DNA from: Vitrella brassicaformis CCMP3155
Taxonomy: Eukaryota > Protista > Chromerida
Reading direction: 5' to 3'
DNA length: 64,000 nt
NCBI GenBank assembly: GCA_001179505.1
Contig: CDMY01000366.1
Span: forward strand, 372,001 to 436,000
Shown: piece by piece, positions 47,150 to 58,917 of the stretch
Numbering within the stretch: the stretch's first letter is position 1
Layout: the number at the start of each line of letters is the position of its first letter
Notes under the pieces: generated by a model
The model's database searches: none
Told to the model about the DNA's origin: nothing
What the model saw: the letters and a program-made list of their open reading frames with translations, nothing else
Program-made: the position numbers and the translations under genes

Positions 47150-48607
47150 ATGAGCTTTGGTGTGCTTTCGATGAGGCAGATCCTGTTCTCCGTCGCTGTA
47201 TCCCTGCTCTATGGTGCTGCTGAGGCGCATTCACTCATCGCTTCCATGCGGCGGCGATGTCAGCCATCCCCATTTCAATCAACAGCCGACGCCGCCTTTA
47301 TCCCCCCTTCCATCTACCATCCACAATCTCTGTCCCTCTCACCGGCTCGGCCAGCCACCAGGGCGTCCTCTGCTGCCAGCAAGCAGACGGCAGAAAGGGC
47401 CACCCGGAGGAAAGGCAAGGCCAAGAAGGTCAAGCAGCCGCTGCCGCCGAGGAGCCTGCGGGTGCGGACGCGGGTGAGCCAGTCGGGTGAGGAGCTCAAG
47501 AAGTACGAGACGTCGATAGAGAAGAAGGTGGAGCTGCAGAAGGGGCCTGACTGGGTGCACCCGTCGCTGCGGTGGCTCAGCCGGGCGACACTCGACCGGC
47601 TGTGGCGGCGCGTGTCCAACAAGGAGGTCCTGCTGACGACGGGCAAGTGGGGCGTGGAGGCGACGCACGTCAACTCGCTGCGTGACCTGGTGAGGAGCCA
47701 CGGCATTGTCAAGGTCAAGGACAATGACGTCAAGCAGCTCAACAGCACCAGGACGGCCATCCAGCTGCAGAAGTGGGACGAGGGCGTCCCCATCGACAGC
47801 GGGGCGGAGATCGTGCAGGTTAATTTGAGCGCCATGACAGCTACGGTCTTCCCGACAGTTGCTCACTGCCGTGTGTCATCCATCCTGTGCAGGTGAAGGG
47901 CAAGTTCATACAATTTGCCCTACCTGAGAATCTCACCGACCTTGCGGGCGACAGCGATCTCATATCGGCCGTGGCGCAAGGAGGCGCCTTCGCCGACCTC
48001 ATCGAGGACCTCACAAATGAGGGCGTCTTCCAGACACTCATCGACCGGCTGGAAGACGACGGCCGCTTCCAGCGTGAGATCGACGAGTGGGAGGAAAGGA
48101 TGGCCCGGGAGGAGAGTGACAAGGCGAGGGGCGTCAAGCGGCCCAAGGGCGTCAAGCCGGCGGGTGAGAGGCCCGACGCAGAGCTGCTTGCGGGCAAGGT
48201 GGGCGTGGAGGGGTGGTATGACGACCTCGTCAAGGACCTCAACAGAAGGCGGGTATTCGAAGAACTCGCTGACGAGCTCACAGGTAGAGTAGATGGATGG
48301 ATAGATCACTGGACCCACCGGCAGACCGATAGATACATGTCATGGGCGAGGGCATGCATTCTTCTCTGTGTGTTTGTGTGTGTGTGTCTGGTCGGCGAGA
48401 CAGCGAATGGGGTGTTGTCTCGTTGGGCGGACGACCAGGTCGCCACCAGGGGCATCGAAGCGACGGTGGCGAGCAACCTCGCCCTCAGGTAAATATCTGC
48501 ATGGCTGGCTGTATTCGTTCAGCCATCGATCTGATGCATGTCCTATCTGTGTCTGCAGGAGGAAGGAGAGCGAGAGCGACAACGATGATGAGGATTATGA
48601 TTACTAA
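47150..48607 (+). CDS. CRM (CRS1/YhbY) domain RNA-binding protein with signal peptide plus transit-like leader; 4 exons
   Basis: LLTTGKWGVEATHVNSLRDLVRSHGIVKVK...IVQVKGKFIQF matches the CRM pattern (IGKxG...H.lIKVK...vq..G..). Leader MRQILFSVAVSLLYGAAEA followed by an Arg/Ser/Ala-rich region; acidic C-terminus ends at TAA 48605-48607. Confidence 0.8.
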
Positions 48608-49599
48608 GCTACTAGTGTGATAGCTACCTCCTGTGACCTCAGAAATCAGCCATTCGTTGATCCAGGGGGCGAGCGGGGCGGGGGCGTGATTAAGACGGTG
48701 ACACGGGGGTCGATTTATCGGTTGCGTGTGTGCGTACGCAGTTGTGCGTAAGTGCGAGGGTATAATTTGTGTAAGAGGGCAGGGAGGGGGGCGCTATCTG
48801 TCCATCGACTGATTGGTTGATTGATTGATTGAACTGCAGCCATGAATGCATGTCCTGCAGGCAGTACCATGATCCGACTCAAGCCAACACTCAGACTAGG
48901 GCAAGAACATGCAACACGCCACGCATCAGCCGAATTATGTGGCCGCCAAGCACGCCGCGGACACAGCGCGGCGGCGAAAACGCGAAAAAGACGGCCCGAA
49001 AGAAAGGAACCGCTGAGACTCAGCAACGCTCGCTGTCTTGTCTATTCTTCCCATCCATGAGTGTGATCAGATCACACTCAGACCACCCTCATGGATGGTA
49101 AGTACGTCTGCATCTTCTGTATGCCTCTCTACCAGTCATCCCTCATGCTGCTTTAAAAATCCCCACCCCCTCTCTCTACGGCACCGATCTGCTCGTCTCA
49201 TGCACACCGGTTCTGTGCTACGACATCGTGTGTATGTGTGTGTGGATTCGTGTGTGTGTCTCTGTGTGTGTGTGTGTGTGCGGTTGGTGCAGTGTCGTGC
49301 CTACCACCGTCCTCCTCCTGTTGATGACAAGAAGCCACCAGGTGTCGTAGTGGACGAGATGCGGACACAAGGCAGGCACACATGGAACCACATGCATGCA
49401 CTGGCAGGCGCCACAGCTCCAAGCCCCTCGCTCACCTACACCCACACACACACGACTGGCACTGACATGAATGCAGGCAGGATCTTTCCTTGTGGGTGTG
49501 TGTGTCCGTTGTGCCGTCGGTTGACCTGACCTGTGTGTGTGGAGGTGACGGCCTCGGCACCGACCACTGGACACTCCCGCAATGGACGGACGAATGCGG

Positions 49600-52500
49600 T
49601 CACTTGATGGTAGGGGGCTTGAAGCGACGACGCGACCGGTACTGCATTCATTCAGACCAAGCAGCAGCAAGAGATACTAATCTGCCCCTTTCCCACCCAC
49701 TGCAGGGGCGCCTCTTTTACTATTACAAGTTCTTGCAGGTTGAAGGTGGCTTGTGGAACCACGACCTCCTGAGGAGCCTCCAGAGGACGACAAATCGCCT
49801 GACGGTTGGCGTCAGCCACATGAGATGAACGCCCACCACCACCACCAGCAGCAGCAGCGGCCGCGCCTCCACCTTCCACTGTGCGCCTGGGGGCGATCAC
49901 GCGGCCATCATCGTCTGCTGGTTGACCACCCTCCACCCCCTCCCCCTCTCTCTCCCCTTCCCCGCCGTCTCTGCCCATCTTCCTCGTCTTGGCCCCTCCT
50001 GCTGCTGCCGCTGCCTGGCCACCTTTCTCGGGCGACCTTGGCCGCTTCAGTCCCGCCCTGTCGCTCTCAACAGGCAACTGCTCGTCGGGGATGAGATTGA
50101 TCGGCTGCACGGCCGTCCCATACTGATCAGACAGCTGCTGCCGCTGCCGGTCACCCTGCTGCACCTCCTGCTCCTCTTGGTGGATTGGCTCGTATTGCTG
50201 CTGCTGCTGCTGCAGCATGGGCTCGTCTGCGGCTGTGAGAGGGAGGGGAGCGGGGCGTGGTGCGTCAGGCATGGGGATGGCGGCGTCGGAGGGCTCAGAG
50301 AGCTCATCCTCGGGCGGTGGTGGTGGATGTGGCGGGGGAGCTGCCGCTGCGGCTGCCGCTGCTGGTGCTGATTCGGATGGTCGTGGGACGTCCTCCAGTT
50401 GTGGTAGGGGTGAGGGCGGCGGCTCTTGCTTCACCGCCTCACCCTTGACCTTCTTCTTGACAGATGTCGCACCCTGCACACATCGATGGATGGATAGATA
50501 GATGCAGCCGAAAACAATCAATCTTCCTCCCTCCCGCCGTGCCTCCTTGCGTGCCTCACCACGAGCATTGTGGCCTTGCTGAAGGCATCGACAAGTTTGT
50601 TGAGGTGCTGCATGCCCTGCACCATCTTGGCCCGCGTCTCCTCCAGTGCAGCGTCAGTCATGTCGGCAGACAGCTCCTCGGCTGCCTCACCGATGCGGCT
50701 CGCGCCCGTGTTGTCTTCCTCCTCGTGTGTGAGGTCGACCACTCGCGACACGATGGCCTCCGGCACGCCTGCCGCCCTCATCAGCTGGTAGGGGTCGCTG
50801 AACATGCTCCCGCTGACGGGCAGGGGGTTGCCGTCCTCACCAAGCTCCCGCTTCGGTTCCCGGCCGGTCTCCTCGTCTGCCGCCTCCACATCCTTGTCAC
50901 GCCCTCCACCACCAGCAGCAGCGGCGGCAGCAGCAGCCGGGACCTCCTCAGCAGGCTTTTCCTGTCGAGGTCGGTCACTGGCAGCATCCGCAACAGCAGC
51001 AGGGAGAGGCGAGGGAGTTTCGACCCTGTCTGCAGGCGACTGAGCCTGATCGGGAACGACAGCTGGGGGTGCGAGCAGCAGGGGGGGCGGTCGCTTGCTG
51101 GCTGCTTTTGGAGGGGGCCTGGGCTCCTGATCAGATGCTGCTGCTGCCGCTGCTGCTTGTGGGGGCGGTGCTGTGCTCTTGGGCGGTGGGGGCGGTGGAG
51201 GAGGGGGCGTGGCGGCCAGCGGGGGACTGGCGAACTGCACACACACACCCATGCACGCAGATCAGTACATGCATCAAACCACCCACTGCGTCAGTGACTC
51301 ACCCCTTTGTTTGGTTTGCCCTTGTCCTTCTGTGCCTTCTTGATGGCGTCGAGCCTCGCCTTCAGATCGCTGATCTTCTGCGGGTCACGCTGGGACTCCG
51401 GCTGCGCCCGCAGCTCCAGAATCTGGGCCTGCACGGCAGCCTTCTCCTGCTCCAACGACATCTCGGGCTCAGGTGACTTGGGCGGCTCGGCAGCCCCACC
51501 TGCTGCGGCCTCGCCTGTGATGTCGACAACAGGGGCAGGCGGCATCTCACTCGGCTCTTCTTGACGCATGACAGTGTCGGCCACGGGTGGCGGGGCAGCT
51601 GCCGCACCTGTTCCTGCTGCGGCAGAGTCATCCATGTTTGGCGCGTCGACCATCACCGCATCTCCGTCCCCCCGTTCTCTGCTGGCCTCCAGCCCCCCGG
51701 CAGGGGGCTGTCCCTCATCCCCCGCCCTCTCGGTCTCTGCCGCTGGCCTGTCAGCTGCTCCCGGCTCGGGGGAGAAGCGCCTGTTCTGGGCGTTCTGCCT
51801 CAGGATGCTCTTGAGCTGATTCAGTCGCTCCGCCTGATTCATCCGCTCCGCCGCTGTCGCATCGGCCGGTGGCGCCTGGGGGGGCTCCTTGGGGAGCGGT
51901 CTCACAGCCCCTGTGCGGCCCCTCGCCAGGCGAATCGATGAGAGCGGCTTCCCCTGCCCCTTGTCGTTCACGCTGAGGGCATTCGTCGCAATGTCTTGGA
52001 ACTGATCGCTCAGTGCCAAGCCGGAAACCTCAGGCCGCGTATCCTGTTCGCCCACCGCGGCCCTCCAAGGCTCTCGGTCACGGCCGTCCGGGCCAGGCAG
52101 GTCAGAGCACAGCTCGATCAAATCGCCGACGGCGTTGACAATCTCGGTCAGCCGATCGCCGCTCACATTGCCGTCAAACACGTCCTCAGCATGCTCCTGC
52201 CCTTCTTGCTCCCGCGGCGGTGCCACTGGAGCAGCGGGGGGCACAGGTGGCCGTACCGAGCGCGGAGGTGGGCGCGGAGGGGGTGGCGGTGGAGGGCGAA
52301 TCGGCATATCAGCGGCTTTGGGGGCGGGAGGACGGGAAGGAGGCGCCAATGGTGCGGCTGGCGGCCGTCCGTCGTGGAAGGATGGAACAGGGGGGATGCG
52401 AGGGGCAGCAGGCGGAGCCTTTGGGGCCTTCGGAGCCATAGCCTTCGTAGGCGGTGCCGACGCAGCTCTTTCGCCGCCGCCCCCATCCTCTGGCTCCTTT

Positions 52501-55500
52501 TCCTTGTCTCCTGGCGGCGGCAGCAGTGGTGAGTGCCCTCCACTCTTCAGGCCCAGCTTCTGCAGCTGCTTGTCGCGAGCCACCAGCCGCTCCCGTCGCT
52601 GCTCGCTGACCATCCACTGTCTCTTCCACTTTGTGAGCCCAGCCTCGAACTCGGCCGCGTCGTCCGTCTCTGTCTTGATCTGGCTGGGCTTGACGGTCAG
52701 GTGGATGCGGACGTCTGGACGGCGGCGGGGCATGCCGTCATCCGGCTCCTGCTTGATGACCACACGACGAGGCTCGTCTGCCGCCGCCACAGTCCCCGCC
52801 GGTCGGCTGCCGACAGCAGGGGGCCTGGAGGGTGGTGGATGGGGGACGGCCGCACCAGCGGCTGCCGCAGGGCGCTCTTGGTCGTCTGTGATGGGTGACG
52901 GCTCACGGCGCTGAAGGGGCTCGGGAGAGATGTGATGTCTGTCACGGTTGTCCTCTCTGTAGTCACGCCCTCGGGCCCTCCTGCCTCTCTCCTCCCTCAC
53001 ATCCCTGATCCAAGCAAAAGAGCACAGTCAGTGTGCGCGACACACACAAGTGTTCGTCCAGGTCGTCGTGCCTGTGTCATGCATGCCCTTGCTTACGTCA
53101 TCCAGCCCTTGTCCTTGTCCGCGTCGCCCTCCCCGCGTCCCCGCGCGGCGAGAAATGCCATCCGTCGGTACTTCTGCCTCTCTCTGTCCTTGACCGTCTT
53201 GCCCTTGTACCGACGCTGCTTCGGCGGCCGATAATTGGCTCGCCGCCGTCGAGGTCGGTCGGACTCGTGTCGGTAGGCGCTGCTCTGCCGCCTCTTGCTC
53301 CGCGGACTGACATGGCGCTTGGCTCCCCGCTCAAAGGACCGCTCGCGTGACACCGACCGCTCCCGGGATGACGGTGTGACCTCACTCCATTCCCCATCCG
53401 AAGAGAGGGAGACCGACGAGAGGGATCGGTGTCGGCGTGACGGGTGCCTGCGGCGGCGGGACGGGCCGGCAAGTCGCTCGCGTGACCGTGACCGTGATCG
53501 GTCCCGTTTGTCCTTGAGGCGAGGCCGACTCCTGCGGACGTGGTCGCTCGATATGGGCGATATGGGGCTGAGGCTCGACGTCTCACTCACAGACAGCGAG
53601 CGGGGGACACGCTTCTTGCCCCTTGTGACGTCACGACGAGACAGCCCTCTCCCTCTGCCGTGCCTGTCGCCAGAGGGTTCCATACTCCTGTCGGGCCCGC
53701 TGGACGACCCCCGCCTCTCCCTCCTCCTTGGAGGCGCCGCGTCTTCCTCAGAGTCATCCTCGATCTCTATCACCTCATGCCGCTGCTGCTGGGGCGCCGC
53801 TGGACGGGAGGGAGGGGGCCGTTTTGATGGTGGTGCCGCTGGTGTCGGTGGGTTGCTGGCGGCCTTGGCTGCCGCCTGTTTGGCCTGGGCGATGACCGCC
53901 TTGGCTTCGGCCTTTGCCTTGGGGGCCGGGGGAAGGTTGATGCGGACGGCATCGCGGGCGGCGCCTGGAACTTGTGCAGCAGCGTTGATACTCTGATGCG
54001 AAAAGGACGACAGCAAGGGAAATGAGTAAACACCTCATGTCGATCCCTCCGGCTCACCGCTTGTCGTGGCGTCAGCACAGCCTTGTGTACAGGGCCGGTC
54101 GCACCCACAGCACCATCGCCCGACGCAGCCACACCAGCAGTGGGGAGCATGGGCGGCAGTGACGGCGCGCGAGCCCCTACGGGGGGCTGTGGTGGCTGCG
54201 ACGGTTGGCCGAAGGCACTGCCGTAGAAGGTGAGATCGTGGTGTGGCGGCACCTGATCGTCCCTGTGCGGGTGTGCTGCTTTGGGGATGGGTGGCTGGTG
54301 CTGCGCCTCGCCCCAGAAGCCTCGATTGTCGCTGGGGGCAGCACTGGGTGGATCGAGGCCTGGGGCTTGACCAAGGGACTGAATAGACTGAATGAATGAA
54401 CACCAAAAGAACAAGAACGAGACAGGTAGAGGCACGCGTCCGACACGAATGGCTCTCCCTCCCTCCCTCCCTCCCTCGTGTGTGTCTTGTTGTCTTGTGT
54501 GCATGACTTGACTGACCTCTGGCTGCATGGGGAATGGGGGCCAGACGGGGGGATAGGGAGCGTACATACCCTGGGGCGGATACGGGACCCACGGCGGCAT
54601 AAACGCCTGCTGCTGCTGCTGCATGTACTGCTGCTGCTGCTGATGCTCAGCAGCTGCTATGGCCTCTTGCTGAGCATACTCCACATAGATGGGCGCCACA
54701 TTGGCAGGGGGTGCAGGTCCAGCAGCAGGTGCTGCCATGTCGCCTTGCCATGGCTCCATCCCCTCCCAGCCCATCAAGCCCGGCTCGGCAGGGGGCCCGC
54801 GGTGCCGTCCGGGGTGGTCCTCCTGGTACTGCTCTGTGTCGACGATCTCCTCGTACGTGGGCAGAGTGCGGTGGTGGCCACCGTTGGCTGCAGGTGTGTG
54901 TGGGCGGGGGTGTGCGTGCTTGGGTCGGTGGCTGAGGCCTGTTGCCTTGGCCTTGGGCCGCGAACCGGTCGTGACGAATCCAGGGGCCTTGGCCTTGGTG
55001 GGGTTGGAGCTCACATGGGCCACCGCTCTGGCAGACAGACAGGCAAGCAGAGACAAACGAAACATGCGCATCCGTGCATCGATCCGATCCTATCTGTCGG
55101 CGGTGCCCGTCGTGTCTTTGTTCTCCTTCTCACCCTGATGCCTTGGCCTGCCCTTGTCCGCCGTTGGAGCCATTCGGGCTCGCCTGACCCGCCACATGTC
55201 CGAACCCGTCCTCAATCCGCTTCCCCTCTCCCTTCTTCTCGCGATCGCTCCGACCTTTGACCTCCGCCCACTTCTGCGCCACCACAGACTTCAACGCGTT
55301 TGTGAGCTCGGCGAAATGCGACGCCTCCACATCATCACCACAACCATTCAGCTGCTGTTGTTGCTGCTGTCCTGGAGCTGCGGCAGCAGGCGCCGCTGAT
55401 GAGGCGGCGCCATTCGGCGGGAGAGCGGCCGAGCCGGGCACGCCAGACATAGACGCTTTGCGCTGGCTGCCGATCAAGCGCAGTGCCACTGCGGTAAGGG

Positions 55501-55876
55501 TCTCGGGGCGCGGCTGCGGACCCTGCTGGTCAATGCCGTTGACGAGCGGCGGGCCACTCTGCGTCCTCTTGACTGCTTTGTGGCTCTCGCACATGGCCAG
55601 AAAGGCGTCACCCGGTTCAGATTCCTCCGCATTGATCGGTGGCGTGGCCGCTGGCTCGGGCGGGGGAGCTGGGGGAGCTGCAGCAGCAGCACGAGCACCA
55701 GCGGCGGCGGCCGGGGTGACGTGTTGCTTGGTGCCTCGCTTGGCGACGGCTGTCCCTTTCGGCTTGGCTTTCGCCTGAGCGGGTTTGGCGTTGGCAGACG
55801 AGCGTTCGACCAGCTCTCCCTCCTCGATCTCGCCCTCCTCTGGCCCAGTCGCCCCGACATGCGACGCAGCTGCCAT
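49600..55876 (-). CDS. Large (about 1,900 aa) intrinsically disordered Pro/Ala- and RS-rich nuclear-type protein; 8 coding exons, probable 5' UTR intron
   Basis: Consecutive in-frame splices link the ORFs at 55130, 53770, 53093, 51291, 50518 and 49652. Contains PEEGEIEEGEL, RDRSRSRSRE and QQ/Pro tracts. Last exon and stop (49600) are tentative. Confidence 0.7.
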
Positions 55877-56179
55877 CGCGGTAACCGGAAACAGTCTCCG
55901 CCTGCACAACAACAGAAGAGACGCACAGAGAAGGAGGAAGTGAGCGTTATGCATCTCCCAGTGGAGACCACATGCCTCTCCTCTGTGTCCTACTTGGATC
56001 AAGCACCGATGCGTCAGGCTTTCTTCAAGGCTGAAGTGAAGACTTTCATGCACACACAGATCTGACTGATCACACACACTCTGGCTACTATCCTCTCTGC
56101 TTCAAAACTCTGCTACAAATTCCCAAAGCTCGCAGTTCCGTGAAACCATTCTGTCCCTTCGACGCTCCCTTCGTTCACG

Positions 56180-58071
56180 ATGGCGGATCTGTCGGATGCC
56201 GAGAAGAAGTTTCTGGGTACACTCAGACCAAGAGATGCAGGGATGTGTACACACCACCCCCTGCGTGTGTGCTCCTGATGCATGCAGCCTTTGACTTCAG
56301 CAAGAGCTCAGAATGGCAGTCCTATCTGGGTTCACTCTACCCGACGCCGCCGCATGACAAGATCCTCAAGTGGAAGAAAAAGTGGTACCAGAAAAATGTG
56401 GTAAGTGCGTCGTACGCAAGATGACACGCACAAGAGAAGCCAGGCACAAGCAGGTGGGCAGGCAGCAGCTGATCTGGCTGTTGCCGTGCCATGCAGGACA
56501 AGGATTTCCCCCTGGACTCGTCGGCCGGCGAGCCAGCACGCGACAAGCCGTCATCGGCAGGGCCCAGTGGTGCATCATACACACAATCATCGCCCAACAG
56601 GAGCACTGCAGGCACGCAAGACACTGGAAGAGAGGGCACGAGCACGGCAGTGAGTGATTGAATGGAAGTGATTGTGTTGTGCGTATCCTGCAGGTCGGTC
56701 GTCATCCGGTGGCGTCCACCGGCCGATGAGCAATGCCGAGAGCATATCGGTGACGGCACAGCTGGTGGCCATCGTGTGTGCCATCATCTACCTCATACCC
56801 ATGCTAGGCGTCGCCAGAGTAGGACCACCAAGGCAGGAGCATACGACTCACCATCGCTGCGTATATCACCATGTGTTCGTTGCGCCGTGTCGTGTCAGCG
56901 GGCTTACACCTTCTCGCTCGGCGCCTTTGGGATTGGCTTTTTTGCAGACGTCGTCAGCAAATGCGGGGTGAGCACCACACAAACACAGCCACACCAATCC
57001 CTGCATTCCTTATGTGTGGTGCTGTGTGCCATCCTGCCCGTCAGATGCCCAAGTTCAGCACGGAGTACCTGCAGCGTGCGGTGCAGGAGGACGTCTTCTT
57101 CATGATCATCTACTGCATGTTCTTCCTCACCTCACCGCCCTTCGTGGTGCTGCTCGTGCCCCCCGCCATGACCGCCTTCATGGCCATCGTCGAATTCTCC
57201 GAAGTCCGCGCCGGACCCATGAAGCAGATTGTCGTCCAGAAGATGCCTTCCATGGCCGCATCGTTCGAGTCAGCACACACACAGCTGTTACAGCACATGT
57301 GCTACACATACACACGTGTTGCTCCAATGGTGTGATGTCACGTTGCTGTGCAGTCAGGTGACGACTTTTGCTCGTAACATGGGTCGCCAGGTGAGCAGAG
57401 AGGAACACACAGGACACGGTTGGTCTATCCACTCATCTCATCCGTGTGTGTGACATGGTTGCCATTGTCAGCGTTACCAGATCATGGGTTGGCGGGCGGA
57501 CTGTGAGGTCGGCATCGGATTCCTGCTCATTCTTCTCGCGTTCGGGTCGGTCAGCACACGGCCGCCGAGTGTCCTGTTCGCTCCTGCGCATTTCATTCGT
57601 GTGTGTGTGTGCAGGAGGAGGATGAGTCCCCTGACAGTGTTCATATACTGGTCCACCATGAGACTCAGGTCAGACGCACTTGCAACCCAGACTCACACAC
57701 TGCTCCGCGGCAGTCACACATTTTCATCTGTCTGCTGTCTGTCTGTCTGTCGTGTGTTGTCTTGATTGGATGTATGGATGTGTGTAGGTACATGATGAGT
57801 GCCTTCACGCAGGCCTCGTTCCGCAAGCTGGACACGTCCATCACGAGACTCCTCGCCGCACCCATGGTCCCATCCGCCGTCATGACCATCTACCAAAAGG
57901 TAGGCACTCACACACATCTTCGTGACCATCCAGAACATACCTGACCGGCGTGCCGTGTGTGTCGTGCGCATGCAGATTCGGAGTTATTGTTATTCCTTTG
58001 TTGACGAGGACCAGTTGCGTCAGCAGCAGGCGGGCGGGGGAGGGGCGGGACGGATGTGCACCATCATGTAA
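56180..58071 (+). CDS. TMEM33: TMEM33/Pom33 (UPF0121) family ER/nuclear-envelope protein with C-terminal CaaX; multi-exon
   Basis: N-terminal AFDFSKSSEWQSYLGSLYPTPP...KKKWYQKNVDKDF resembles plant TMEM33. Also YLQRAVQEDVFFMIIYCMFFL, RADCEVGIG, VFIYW...RLRY, and terminal RMCTIM*. Confidence 0.85.
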
Positions 58072-58225
58072 CGTGACTGATGGGGGGTGAGTGGGGGATT
58101 GATTCCTAATCGACCACTCGGTGTATTTATCTACTGGGTGATTTGCGAATGAATGAGTGTCTGCGGCACACTTTTTTGGGTGGCACTGATTTGAATGTAT
58201 ACCTCAACACCACCATGAGCTAGGG

Positions 58226-58290
58226 ATGCATCCACACGCACACAACACAGCAGACACACACAGACACACACACAGACACACAGACACACA
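58226..58290. repeat. (CA)n/(CAGACA)n microsatellite
   Basis: cacacgcacacaacacagcagacacacacagacacacacagacacacagacacaca read directly. Confidence 0.8.
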
Positions 58291-58917
58291 TGAGGGACAG
58301 CCGGGACACCTTCAGTTCTTGAAAGATGGAAACGAGGAGCGCCCGATGTCGGCCACCAGATCGTCTACCAGCTGCCTCGTGACCGCAGCAGCGCATCTGA
58401 TGGATCAAAGAGACGTCGTTCCAACGCACGCGGTGTGTGACCTTTCGGGACGCATCCTGGCCGCCCTGAGCTCGTCCGCGCAAAACCCAACATCATCGAT
58501 GCGTTGTGCGCAAAAGCTGTCATGTGGAGGCGTTGAGGCAGAGGATTATCTGACGATTCGGCAACATCATGGCGTCACCATCACCGAATGGAAAGCGATG
58601 CACCTCGTCGCGTGATCACATCCTTCACTGGCAAACGTCATTTCCAAGCTGGTTGGCCTCTCGCGCATTACTGGGTGGTGCGCCGATAGCTCATCGGCGG
58701 GAGGCGGCCAATGCGGTGAGCATACCGATGCGCACACTGACACGCGTGTGGACCAACTCTCATGCATGACCTGTTTGTTCTTGCTTCTGTGGCGCTCAGC
58801 CAACCGAGGTACGGGAAGCGAAAACATGCCGCTCGGATGTTGACAGATCGATGAGGCGCCACGAATGCATTCACTTATATGATGTCTGTGTTATGTCTGT
58901 TTGTGGGTGTGCAGATC

